DNA of 63,138 nt, the filler included, from Octopus bimaculoides (taxonomy: Eukaryota), in NCBI RefSeq assembly GCF_001194135.2. It is 6 parts of 6 records of this genome, joined end to end, with 100 filler letters (N's around TTAATTAATTAA, not from the genome) between each part and the next. Parts side by side here need not be neighbours in the genome. Positions count along the whole stretch, not along the records: positions 1 to 17,255 come from NC_068990.1; positions 17,356 to 33,281 come from NC_068982.1; 4 more parts are not named here. One strand, written 5' to 3'. The position numbers and the translations under genes are program-made. Shown piece by piece: positions 12,995 through 24,275 of this stretch. The stretch's first letter is position 1. The number at the start of each line of letters is the position of its first letter. The notes below the pieces were generated by a model that saw nothing but the letters and a program-made list of their open reading frames with translations, was not told the DNA's origin and did no database searches.

Positions 12995-13829
12995 ATAGTA
13001 ATTGGTTTCGCTACACACGTTTAATGATCTTGTCAGAGGGCTTCTAGACCAGAACGTTTATCTGAGCAATGACCATGGAAAGCTATATAGAAATAAAAAA
13101 AAGTAACTCAACAGCGGTAGCTAACGAAACACTTGTCATCTCTATCGTGCTTTCCACCATTCGCTGCAATAAACTGTTTCATGCCTACAGTACTACTTAA
13201 ATATATTCAGAATGACACGTTTCCGACTGAATGTCTTTGCTACGGGCCAACACAGTGTCTATGACAGAACTGGCTTCTCGGCTTCGTTAACCGGAACTCG
13301 ATCGAATCACCTATTCGCATTCTTATTTGAGACAATAGTTTCCCAAAACTCAAATTTTTTTAAGACCTTTTAATGAACTCCCACAGATTTCAGATCAAAT
13401 GTCATTGCATCGTATTTATTTTTTTACATCTTGTATATTTTTAAGTGTGTTTTAACTCATGCATCCAATACTTTTATAAACCATCTGCCACTGAAGAATG
13501 CATTCTTTGAACTATTTTGTTGTTGTCTTAAGTTTGAGAATAACATACGCTTTTGAATAAACAATATTTCACGAACAGACTGTCAAAATATTAAAATGTG
13601 ACTCAATTTTTGTTAATATCGTTTTATTCAAGACTATAATAGTTGGTTCAACTGTCAACTGTACGTTGGTTAATCTGTATCTGGCATTCTACTTCTCAGT
13701 GTATATATTTAAGATTCTTTTGTTGTGAGTCCGCACGTGAGTGTAACCATGTGTAAGATTTTCTGAGTATCTTTTATCTTTTACTTATTTGAGTCCATTA
13801 GACTGCGGCCATGCTGAGAGGAATTCTTT

Positions 13830-14124
13830 GGGGTTTGAATAATTCACCTTTGGAAACATGGGTGTTTTGCTCAACATCCTTAAACAAACCTTATTCAGGG
13901 ACCTTTTGAGCGGGATGGGCTACTCAACCTGAAGAAAATTCTAAGTGGGCCCCACCTGCAAGGTCATGCACTGTTTATTTTGATGTGAGATGACCATGTC
14001 GAGCATATATGGTTGTGATGCATGTGCCTGGTGTAACTTTATCAGACGGGTAGTCATGGTGGGTATATTGGGCTTCGTATATTTGTACCCTGTGTTGCTT
14101 TGATGGCATGCATTGCTCTCTCAC

Positions 14125-14182
<58 letters not shown>
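13830..14182 (+). mobile_element. Non-autonomous retroposon-like repeat ending in an (AAT)n tail
   Basis: GC-balanced non-coding body ending ...GCATTGCTCTCTCACTT followed directly by about 19 AAT units. Family assignment is by inference. Confidence 0.45.
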
Positions 14183-15225
14183 GTCTCAGAGGTCTCATAA
14201 GATGCAATATCTGTGTTGTTAAGAGAAGAACAGTTTGGGATGATACTAAACAGTAGAGTGAATCATTGCTTGCCGCTGTGAGAATTAACAATATAATACC
14301 TACCGAAAATGTGATACACCCACAAACATTTAAGAAACAAGACGAAGAAGAAAGAGCAAACAACTGGAAAATGAAACCACTGCATGGGTAATACTTCAGA
14401 GAAATCGAAGGAAAAGACAAAATCAACACTTGGAGATGGCTGAGAATAAGTTATCTGAAAGGATGCACTGAGGCATTGACATACAGTGCCCTGGAACAAG
14501 CTCTGGGAACTAATTACACCAAGTTCCAAATAGATAAGAGTAGCGAATCACTCCTTGTAGGATGTGTGGCAACAGAAACGAAATAATCTCACATATGGTG
14601 AGTGAGTGTAGCAGGCTGGCCCAAAAGCATTACAAGAGGAGGCACGATAACGTGGCTAAGTTCGTCCACTGGAAGCTATGTGAAAAGAACCGTCCGAACA
14701 GAGCACGGAAATGGTACGAACATGAACCAGAAGGAGTCAGCGAGAACAAGGAACATAAGATACTTAGGGATTTTACAATCCAATGTGTCCAATGTGACTC
14801 CCTAATCGAGGCTCGGAGACCCGATATTGTTGTGATAGATAAAAGAAACAGGGAATCCAAGATCATAGATATTGCAATACCTGGAGATGCACGCGTAAGT
14901 TACAAAGAATGTGGACTATGAGGAGAGTGTCTGCCATTCCAGTAGTTGTAGGGGCACTGGGAACGCTAACAATCAAGTTCGAGAAATATGTCAAAGAAAT
15001 CGGAAGTGACATGAGAGGAGAGCAAGCCCCAAAACTGCCCTGCTGGGGTCAGCTAGGATTTTGAGATTGGTACTTGGATGTTGAATGTCTCTCATGATAA
15101 TTAACCAAGTATCAAAGCTTATAATGTGCAGAAAGAGACCCTGTGTGACCTCTAACAGCAGGCTGTTGTCTGCTTTCGCACAATCTACCAGAACAAACAA
15201 GACCAAACGTTCTGAGAAGTAAAAC
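14183..15225 (+). mobile_element. 5-prime-truncated R4/Dong-clade non-LTR retrotransposon between (TAA)n tracts
   Basis: CCHC knuckle (CRMCGNRNEIISHMVSEC), HDNVAKFVHWKLC, RLE nuclease PDIVVIDK...IIDIAIPGD, IPVVVGALG, KTALLGSARILR. Frameshifts and a deletion are present. (AAT)n on both sides. Confidence 0.9.
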
Positions 15226-17255
15226 AATAATAATAATAATGGTTTGAAATTTTGGCAGTTTTAGGGAAGGAGCGTAGTTGATTAGCGGTTCAGCAAAAGA
15301 TACTAACAGAATAAGTACCAGGTTTTAAAACAAAATAAGTTGAGGGGTCTATTTGTTCGACTAAACTTCCATGGCGGGGCCGTATCGTGACTGCAGTCCA
15401 ACGACTGAAACAAGATTAATAAATGAAAACAATCAAATTCATTATAATTATCAAAATATATCTAAAACCTTTAGTATCGGACTTCTTATATTAATTTGTT
15501 TTTACTCTTTTTTATTTTTACTTTCTTCTGTCATTCGTATTTTCTTATTCATCTTCTTTTACTTACTTTTATTTTTCTTAATTCTTTTTAATTAAAATAT
15601 ATTATAATGGCTTAATGCACATCACTGAGCATTAGCCAAAGAATATTAGAACGCCTGTACACACAGCACGCCATCAGATTTTGCAGCCGACTTCGGAAGC
15701 TGTTGTATAAACAGCAACTAAGTGTGAAGTACAACAGTTCTAAAATCTACTGTGTATTTGCCACTCTTTGCTAATTACAGAGGCCGTTGACTAAAGAATC
15801 TTCGGAACTCTGTTAACTCTTATATAAGAGTGGTGAAGTGTGTTGGTGCTATAATGGATGTGAAGTCTGCTAGAACGGTTGTATTTAATGAGTAAACATT
15901 GTCGAGTGTAAGAAATTATATAAACATTTCAGCTAACTACAACTAATGTAAAAATACAACGGAGTTTGTTGTTCTGTTTGTGTGTTCTTCTCATCTATTT
16001 TTATATCCTTTTCCCTCGTATCACCCTGAGAATTACCTATCGGCAGACACTGAAATCCTGATATGTTATTGCTTCTGTTATTTCCAAGGCTCTGTTTATA
16101 TTCCTCGCTGCAACAAGTCTCATGCAGACGAATTCTCTTCCGGGCTTTTTGTCTTTTATTTTATTTTGAATCGGTAAAGATAAATTTTAAATCGCTCTGA
16201 GATAGGTGGTTTACAGATATGTCAAAACAATCTCCGGGGAAATCATAACAAACTTCAGACTGGAAACTAAGATGCACGATTTGCTCGACTAAAGGCGGTG
16301 CTCCAGCATGGCCGCTGTCAAATCACTGAAACAAGTAAAAGAAGAAAAGAAGAAAAGAATATGATTGCCACAATTGTTACACACACACACACACACATAT
16401 GCATATGGCAGTTCTAGGAGAGGAGGGTAGTTGATTAGCAGTTCAACAAAAGAGACCGATAAAATAAGTACCAGGCTTTAAAACAAAATAAGTGCAGATG
16501 TCTTTTCTTTTTAGTTTTAAATTGCGTCTAGCCACTTTGATTACTTTATAATTTTCACATTACCATTTTGCTGAATCAGCCATTGATTCCATGATAAATT
16601 TTATATATACTGACAAGTGAAATCTCAACTTCACCACCCGGTATGGAGTAAGCATACTGATGAGCATTACTTTCATGCAAAATTGATGTGCCACACTAAT
16701 GCCCTCGCTTGTGGTGGGGAAGTTGTCTCCCTTGTCAGTACTTAGAAGATGTGCTTTTTTGTGGCAGAAGAGTCGATGGGTCTTATTTCTAGCAATGCTG
16801 GTACTCCCTGCGCCCTTGGTCACTTGTAGTGACGGTGGATTATTTCTTTTTTGGTTTTAAATTGCGTCTAGAGTTACCTTAATTATTTTACACACACACA
16901 TACTTTCCTATATATATATATATATATAGATATGCAGGGCAGGGAATCATCAATTAGTAATAAAATTAATAATTAACAATTTCTGCCGGGTAGCTCAGTA
17001 TGAAAAAAACCTTCTTCGGTAAATAATAATTTATAATCATAAATATATAGGGATTGACAGTAACCTGCTTCTCCAACATACTGAGAATTCAGAAATAGCA
17101 ATCAAAGAACTACTGATTTCAAAACTACAAATTATTACTCCAGATTGATAGCGATATTTTTGATACACACAGAACAAAAAACAATAGAGAAGAGTAAAAA
17201 ACACTTGCCTTTTAGTTAATTTAGTATAATTGTTTCACAGTTAAGAGTACATAAT

Positions 17256-17355
17256 NNNNNNNNNNNNNNNNNNNNNNNNNNNNNNNNNNNNNNNNNNNNT
17301 TAATTAATTAANNNNNNNNNNNNNNNNNNNNNNNNNNNNNNNNNNNNNNNNNNNN
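17256..17355. other. Artificial scaffold join: 44 N + TTAATTAATTAA + 44 N
   Basis: The same 100-bp spacer has its 12-mer at 17300, 33326, 54470, 60099 and 62000. The 12-mer is palindromic and has stops in all six frames. Confidence 0.95.
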
Positions 17356-17390
17356 ATATATATATATATATATATATATACATAAATATA

Positions 17391-18390
17391 TCATTCATCA
17401 TGCCTTAACACCCATTTTCCATGCTGGCATGGGTTGCAGGGCCTGACCAGAGCTGGTAAGCCAGAGAGCTGCACCAGGTTCCAGTCTGATTTGGCTTGGT
17501 TTCTGCAGCTTGATGTCTTTTCTAACACAAACAACTTTACAGTGTATGTGGGGTGCTTTTGATGTGACATTGGCTGAGCATTTTTACATGGTACCAGCAC
17601 AAGTGCTTTTTAAGCAGCACCAGCACAGGTTTCTTGCAGGCCAATCATCTCCACCAAGGGATGCAGCCGTAACACTTTTGTTGTGAAGGACTGGTCTTCT
17701 TCAGTACAGCAACGTGCCAGGTATCTCAGTCCTTTGTCATCTCATGTGAAAGTTGCAGTGTTCTGAAGTCATCCTTCAATACTGTCTCGTGTCCTCGTGG
17801 GTCACCCTCTTCCACAAGTTCCATCCACTTTGAGTGAGTCACACTTCTTTATGGAGCTACTGACATCCATCCATATCACATAATCAAACCAGCACAATCT
17901 TCTCTCTTGACTGCATCTAATTCTTCCTATGCCTAACTTCTCTCTCAATACACTAACACTTTGGAACACATGTACACTTATATTAGACATTCAGTGGAGC
18001 ATACTAGCCTCATTCCTCTCCAGCCTTCACATGTCCTCTGCATTCAGGTCCCATGTCTCACTACCATGTAGAATTGCTATCCATATACATGCATCATAGA
18101 ATCTTTCTTTCACTCAGAGAGAGAAACCTTTGGTTGCCATCAGGGTAAAAGCTCTCTGAATTTTCTCTATCTTATTCTTATTCTAGCTATCTCACTCTCC
18201 ATATATCCTCCTCTACAACTAATTAGGTCCCCTAGGTAGCAGAAATTATCCACAACCTTTAATAGGCCTCTGGGACATTTGAGAAAATCAATTTCTGGAG
18301 TATCTGTAGTTTTTATGAAGCTGTATGTTTTTCTCAACACTTTCATATAGCAGGGAAAACACTATTGCATTTAACCTTCTATCATGACTC
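17391..18390 (-). mobile_element. RTE-clade LINE, 3-prime fragment with 3-prime UTR and (TGA)-like tail
   Basis: VVDNFCYLGDLI, ILHGSETW, LREKLGI...QERRLCWF, LKVDGTCGRG; degenerate. The UTR ends ...CCCATGCCAGCATGGAAAATGGGGTGTTAAGGCATGATGAATGA. Confidence 0.85.
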
Positions 18391-19249
18391 TCACAACTAT
18401 CCACTATGAGGTGTCTATAAACTAGCCATCCTCAGTGCATTTCTTTTCCCTCATAGTAGCTAAAGAAGGTATTATCCTCAACGACAGATATAAGTCACTG
18501 TCTGTCATTTACTGAATGTTCTCATCCTAAAGAAAGTGTTACACTTTAGCACAAAATATGTAATATGTCTGTTTATAGGTGTTTTCAAATCTTCTCTAGA
18601 AACAGCAATATTTTTTAGGAGCAAGCACAGCTGTATGGTTCAGATGTTTGGTTTCCAGTCATGTATTTTGGGTTCCCTCCCATTGTATGACACCTTGAAC
18701 AAATGCCTTCTACTATAGTTCCAGGTTAACCAAACCTTGTCGATTGAATTTGGCAGATGGAAACTGAAAGAGGCCTGTTGTGTGTGTGTGTGTATGTGTG
18801 TGTGTCTCCCCTCCCCTTGTCATGTCATCATGTGATAGTGGTAAACAAGTACCATCATCATACATGGGATGTTGTTCATTTCCAATGCCTGAGATGTCAG
18901 TCATTAGGAATAATACCTTCCTAAATAACCTGATTATTTAAGTCAGTGACTAGCTCAGAGCCTACATAACCAGATATTTCCAGCATTTCAGCAATTATCT
19001 CAGATAGAATTTCATTCTTTCCAGCATTGAAATATGTAACTGCTTAATTAGCAAATATCATCTATTCTAGGAGTTCACTGACAAAAGACTTTGACAAATT
19101 TCTCAGCTAACAACCTTTCTGTGCCATTTTCTTTCATTACAACTGGGGGTAAGCATAGACATGTTATTCTAAATGTATTTCGCTTCAGTAAAATTTTGAT
19201 CAATCCAAATACACTACCTTTTAACCTAGAACACTCTATGCTATTCATA

Positions 19250-19790
19250 TTCATGATTCTCTTTTCTGTACTACGTTTTCATACACAATCCATTTTTCAT
19301 CTCCAGTCACAAGTTGTTTCAATAAAGGCATGCTTTCATTCTGTTTCAAAAGCATATCACAAACTGAATACTGGTACAAGCAATTCTTTTCTGAGTTTGT
19401 GAGGGTACCATACATTATATTAAGAAATGTATACTAGCTTCACAAGGGTTCATGAGCTGTACTTTTAGAACTTTCAACTCCTCTGCAAGTTCCCTAGTCA
19501 TGATATTTGAGTTTTCTTTAATTTTTGCCTTCAAAACATTTTCATCCAATTTTGAAGGTCTTCTACTGTGACTATCATCTTCCAAGCTAAACTCTTCAGT
19601 TTTTTCAAACCACCTTCAAACAGATGATTCACTTACAGCATCATCACCATAAACTTCACAAATGTTTTTGCAAGTCATTTTTAAAGAAAAAAATAGTATT
19701 ACAACGCAGAAATGAAATGTTTGGTCATCCATTTCAAATATCAATAAAGGGTAACCAGAATGAAAGATAAAGCTATTTTTAGTCAGGAAT
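19250..19790 (-). mobile_element. Degenerate mariner transposase, N-terminal half
   Basis: ATG at 19732. RPSKLDENVLKAKIKENSNIMTRELAEELKV and DMLLKQNESMPLLKQLVTGDEKWIVYENV (first catalytic D motif). Many stops and frameshifts. Confidence 0.85.
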
Positions 19791-19935
19791 AAAGAAGAGA
19801 TGCACTACCACTTTAAGCAATGCCAAAGTTTCAATTGTGTTATGTTTCAGGTGTGTTCAATGAAGCATTAAAAAATTTAGCTTTCCAGACAACCTATATA
19901 TATATATATATATATATATGCATGTATGTATATAC

Positions 19936-19971
<36 letters not shown>

Positions 19972-20178
19972 ATGGAGAATGCTGCTTATTAATTAGGTAT
20001 ATAACAATTACTAAAAGTACTAAAAGAAAGCAATATTAAAATCTTCACCATCTGGAAATATTTTTATAAATTCATGTTCTAAGAAATTGCCTATAACTTC
20101 GATTTCTGAAGTTTATTGAATCCTTTTAACTCCAAATTCTCGCAAATTTAAATATTCATTGCATTCACTATGGCGCAG

Positions 20179-20714
20179 ATTTTTTAAAGTGTTCATTGCG
20201 TTGCTCGTGTGTGTATTTATCATAGGATTGGTGGTTTTTGAAGCTTTCGCTTTCATCTTTGGCAAGTGGTATTTTTACCCTTCTTTTAGTCAAATATTTA
20301 ATATTACACCTATTAAGGTAGAAGTCTTGCTAACCGCCTCATTATTACTGTTTTTAACAGGAATAATGCTTTCATATAGTTACTTTTTTATTGTTTACGA
20401 TAGTTTTCTCTTTAAACGAAGCAGGGTGTTTAAAGTTCAAAATGCACACAAGTTGACGTAGTGAATATTTTGGAAATATTTTGGAAATGATCTCCAACTG
20501 AAGATTGCAAAGCATGTTTTTTCATGCACAGCATGAAATTAACTGATATTGGGGTATGTAAACTATCTTCAAATTCCATCCTGAAGGTAGGCCTCATTTT
20601 TTAAAGTGTTCATTGCATTGCTCGTGTGTGCATTTATCATAGGATTGGTGGTTTTTGAAGCTTTCGTTTTCATCTTTGGCAAGTGGTATTTTTACCCTTC
20701 TTTTATTCAAATAT
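20179..20714 (+). repeat. 119-bp direct repeat (20179-20297 and 20596-20714), period 417 bp
   Basis: 4 substitutions between copies. The hammerhead fold lies between them. Confidence 0.9.
20492..20554 (+). ncRNA. Type I hammerhead ribozyme fold (Penelope-like/retrozyme type)
   Basis: Helix I CUCCAA/UUGGGG. Core CUGAAGA (20498-20504). Helix II U.U, UGC/GCA, internal loop, GCAUG/CAUGC with a U6 loop. GAAA (20535-20538). Short near-palindromic helix III AUUA-AC-UGAU. Cleavage triplet AUA, cut after 20548. Confidence 0.75.
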
Positions 20715-21211
20715 ATAAATAAATACACACACACACACATATATACATATATATATATAAACTGCTTTTGAGAGTAAACTCATTTTTCCGTTCTAATGAA
20801 CTTAGATATGGTTTGCTTATATGATTTTATATAGTCCTAATTCAGCCATGAAACGTGCGTAGTCGATATACAAGTACTTACTTTATACATTATATTATTG
20901 TATTAATTTTTATTGTTCAATTTATACTTTATTTGATTTTTAGATTAATATTTTTATGATGAATGTTTCTTTGTATGGTATTCGCTGTGATTTTAAAAGT
21001 ATTTGCTCTTATATATTATATGATTGTAATAATCTTACTGTTCAATATTATATATTATTAAAGTTTTAGATTAGTATTTTGTATGGTATATGTCTCACAG
21101 CATGGTTTTGGACGGGTTCTTCATTGACTGAGTTGTGGAATGGTGGTTCGTCTCTAAATTAGTTATATAAATATAAATATATATATAAACAAATATATAT
21201 ATAAATAAATA

Positions 21212-21600
21212 TGGCTGTGTGGTAAGTAGCTTGCTTACCAACCACATGGTTCCGGGTTCAGTCCCACTGCGTGGCACCTTGGGCAAGTGTCTTCTACTAT
21301 AGCCTCGGGCCGACCAAAGCCTTGTGAGTGGATTTGGTAGACGGAAACTGAAAGAAGCTCGTCGTATATATGTATATATATATATGTATGTGTGTGTGTT
21401 TGTGTGTCTGTGTTTGTCCCCCTAGCATTGCTTGACAACCGATGCTGGTGTGTTTATGTCCCCGTAACTTAGCGGTTCGGCAAAAGATACCGATAGAATA
21501 AGTACTAGGCTTACAAAGAATAAGTCCCGGGGTTGATTTGCTCGACTAAAGGCGGTGCTCCAGCATGGCCGCAGTCAAATGACTGAAACAAATAAAAGAA
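21212..21600 (+). mobile_element. Full-length young tRNA-type SINE, family A, with internal (TA/TG)n
   Basis: A-box-like TGGCTGTGTGGTAAG, B-box-like GGGTTCAGTCCC, central ACCTTGGGCAAGTG domain, internal microsatellite, tail ...CAGCATGGCCGCAGTCAAATGACTGAAACAA(A)n. CpGs retained. Confidence 0.85.
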
Positions 21601-21886
21601 AAAAAAAANNNNNNNNNNNNNNNNNNNNNNNNNNNNNNNNNNNNNNNNNNNNNNNNNNNNNNNNNNNNNNNNNNNNNNNNNNNNNNNNNNNNNNNNNNNN
21701 NNNNNNNNNNNNNNNNNNNNNNNNNNNNNNNNNNNNNNNNNNNNNNNNNNNNNNNNNNNNNNNNNNNNNNNNNNNNNNNNNNNNNNNNNNNNNNNNNNNN
21801 NNNNNNNNNNNNNNNNNNNNNNNNNNNNNNNNNNNNNNNNNNNNNNNNNNNNNNNNNNNNNNNNNNNNNNNNNNNNNNNNNNNNNN

Positions 21887-21916
<30 letters not shown>

Positions 21917-21918
<2 letters not shown>

Positions 21919-22075
21919 GACGGGCTTCTTTCAGTTTCTGTCTACCAAATCCACTCACAAGGCTTTGGTCGGCCCGAGGCTATAGTAGAAGACACTTGCC
22001 CAAGGTGCCACGCAGTGGGACTGAACCCGGAACCATGTGGTTGGTAAGCAAGTTACTTACCACACAGCCACTCCT
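21917..22075 (-). mobile_element. Family A SINE head, inverted relative to 21212-21600
   Basis: Reverse complement of 21212-21365 with 3 substitutions in 154 bp. Confidence 0.85.
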
Positions 22076-22759
22076 GGCTTCTTTCAATTTCCGACTACTA
22101 AATCCACTTATAGCCATGTATATCTTTCTTTGCAGTAAGGAAAAGTTCAACATGTTTTTCATGCTCATACTGAGTGAGAGATGGCTAATTTGCTACCTGA
22201 CTCCATCATTGATTAATATTGTTCTTTAAAGCTCCCTGCATTAAATACATTATCACTAACTTAACTACTTTGTTTTCCCAGTGGTTAGCATCTCTAAATT
22301 ATTTATTCTGTAAGGAATTTTTATTTTCATATGCTAACCACAGGACCAACCATTGTGCAATTGTCTTAATGATTCTTTAATAACTCAACAAGAACATTTA
22401 AGCTTGCTTTGCTAATGAGATTAGAATAACTCCACATGATAGTTATATACAACTCTACATTGATCTCATTAGTCTCTGGGAGAGAAATTAAAGATTATGG
22501 ATACTGACCTGCTTTCCTAGAACATAATACAGAAAAAAAATATTATTTCTAGGCCAATGTAAGTTAAAAATCATATCCACAGATACAGAACATCTCAAAG
22601 GTCAACTCTGCAGCCAAAAGGTTGACATTACATTCATTCCAAACCAAAGATATAGACATTAAAACAACTTACGATTTGTAGCGGTTTTAGCTGCTCTTAA
22701 TTTCCTGTAAAGTCTGAAGAGAAATAGAATAAGCAGTGAACAGACAAATAAATATATCT

Positions 22760-22775
22760 CAGAGAGAGAGAGAGA

Positions 22776-22856
<81 letters not shown>
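22760..22856 (+). repeat. (AG)n microsatellite
   Basis: Directly visible. Confidence 0.95.
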
Positions 22857-22859
<3 letters not shown>

Positions 22860-23354
22860 GGAGTATTTTAGTGGAGATGTTTATATTTTCCAACAATAAA
22901 TGTAGATGTGCATATGAACGTAAGGTACATGGCATACTGTAATCTTTGTATTTGTCAGGATGGCAATCCTTTAGATTTAATTTCTAAATGTATATATTTT
23001 AAATGGTAAACTAGTTTATCATTTAATGTATAGCGTACATTGGTGTGACAGTCAGAATTTCACCAGAGCAAATAGAAGTACATTGGAGTAGATACCATAT
23101 TGAGAAATATACATTGTTACTCAATCTGCATACCAAAGAAAAACATAATAGCATGCTCAACAACACTCATGTTGAAATCATTTCAATACATCTATATGAC
23201 TCTTCATTTTAACAAATACAGGAGTTTACACAAATAAATGAATAGAAACCAATAAGAATAATGCAGGTAGAATGGATAGACTGCATCACCACTCTAGGTT
23301 ATGTGTGTGGGGACTAACTACAGTGTGTGTGTGTTTGTCTGTCTGTATGTATGT

Positions 23355-23545
23355 ATGTTTTAGCCAAGGTTATAACCACAGGTCCTCTTTTAGGATCTCA
23401 AAGAGGTGCAATGTTATAGTATTACCCAGCAACATATGGAGATTAAAAGAAGAGAGAACACCATACAAAATTAACTGGAAGCTGCTGGAACAATCTGGGC
23501 CATACCTCAATGGAAGCTGCACACTTTGCTTGGCAAAGAGGACAA
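23355..23545 (+). mobile_element. Penelope-like element GIY-YIG endonuclease C-terminal remnant
   Basis: YNHRSSFR...LPSNIWRLKEERTPYKINWKLLEQSGPYLNGSCTLCLAK fits the NH..SF....T.LS.HIW.LK....Y.I.W.IL....PY....C.LCL.EK pattern of PLE endonucleases. Confidence 0.75.
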
Positions 23546-23972
23546 TGACTGCAAAAAATTTGCATGATCTAGATGCCTTCTTGAATTCAAATAGTGATGT
23601 TTTTAGCTGATGCCCTCATGACAGAAAATTTGCTTTGGAAATGTGGTCTTCTGTGTTTGCAGAATTCACATACACAAACTGACCCATTTCAGCTACAGCT
23701 GAAATAGTTCAAGGGGAGATAACTCTTCTTTTTTTCTCAAATGGTTTCTTATTTCAGTTTTTCCACCACCAAACTGACCAAGACTGTATATTTGCTTCCA
23801 CTGGTAAAGAAGCTATGTGCTTCCAGGCAGTAGGTCAGATGAGTTGCCTATATTGCTAAGTGTAATAGTAAATGTGAAGCCAATGGTAACTTTCTGACTG
23901 GTTATATGCCATAACCAAGGATATACTACTCATATGTACATAAAATAATATATAATATACTATATATATATA

Positions 23973-24275
23973 TCATCATCATTTAACGTCTGTTGTCTAT
24001 GCTGGCATGGGTTGGACGGTTTGACCAGGGCTGGTAAGCTGAGGTGCTGCACCAGACTCTAGTCTGATTTGGCATGACTTCTATGACTGGAGGCTCTTCC
24101 TAACACCAACCACTTCAAGAGTGTAATGGGTGCTAGTGAGTGCCACTGGCATTGGTGCCAGTTGCAAGCACAGCATATTACCAAAGGTCTCAGTCATTTG
24201 TTATTGCTTCCATAAGGTCCAACACTCGAAAGATGCTGCTTGCATGCCACCGGCATGGGTGCTAGTTATGTAAAA
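23973..24275 (-). mobile_element. RTE-related 3-prime end fragment with (TGA)n tail
   Basis: Shares the end of the RTE ORF and the UTR/tail (...CCAACCCATGCCAGCAT...CGTTAAATGATGATG) with 17391-18390. Confidence 0.7.

Noticed and set aside
17300-17311. Recurring palindrome TTAATTAATTAA at five sites, as a biological motif
   Set aside because: Always centred in exactly 44 N + 12 + 44 N and gives stops in all six frames; it is an assembly spacer.
20159-20461. 100-aa hydrophobic ORF as a membrane protein
   Set aside because: The hydrophobicity follows from T-rich sequence within a duplicated, ribozyme-bearing repeat. No signal or family motif.
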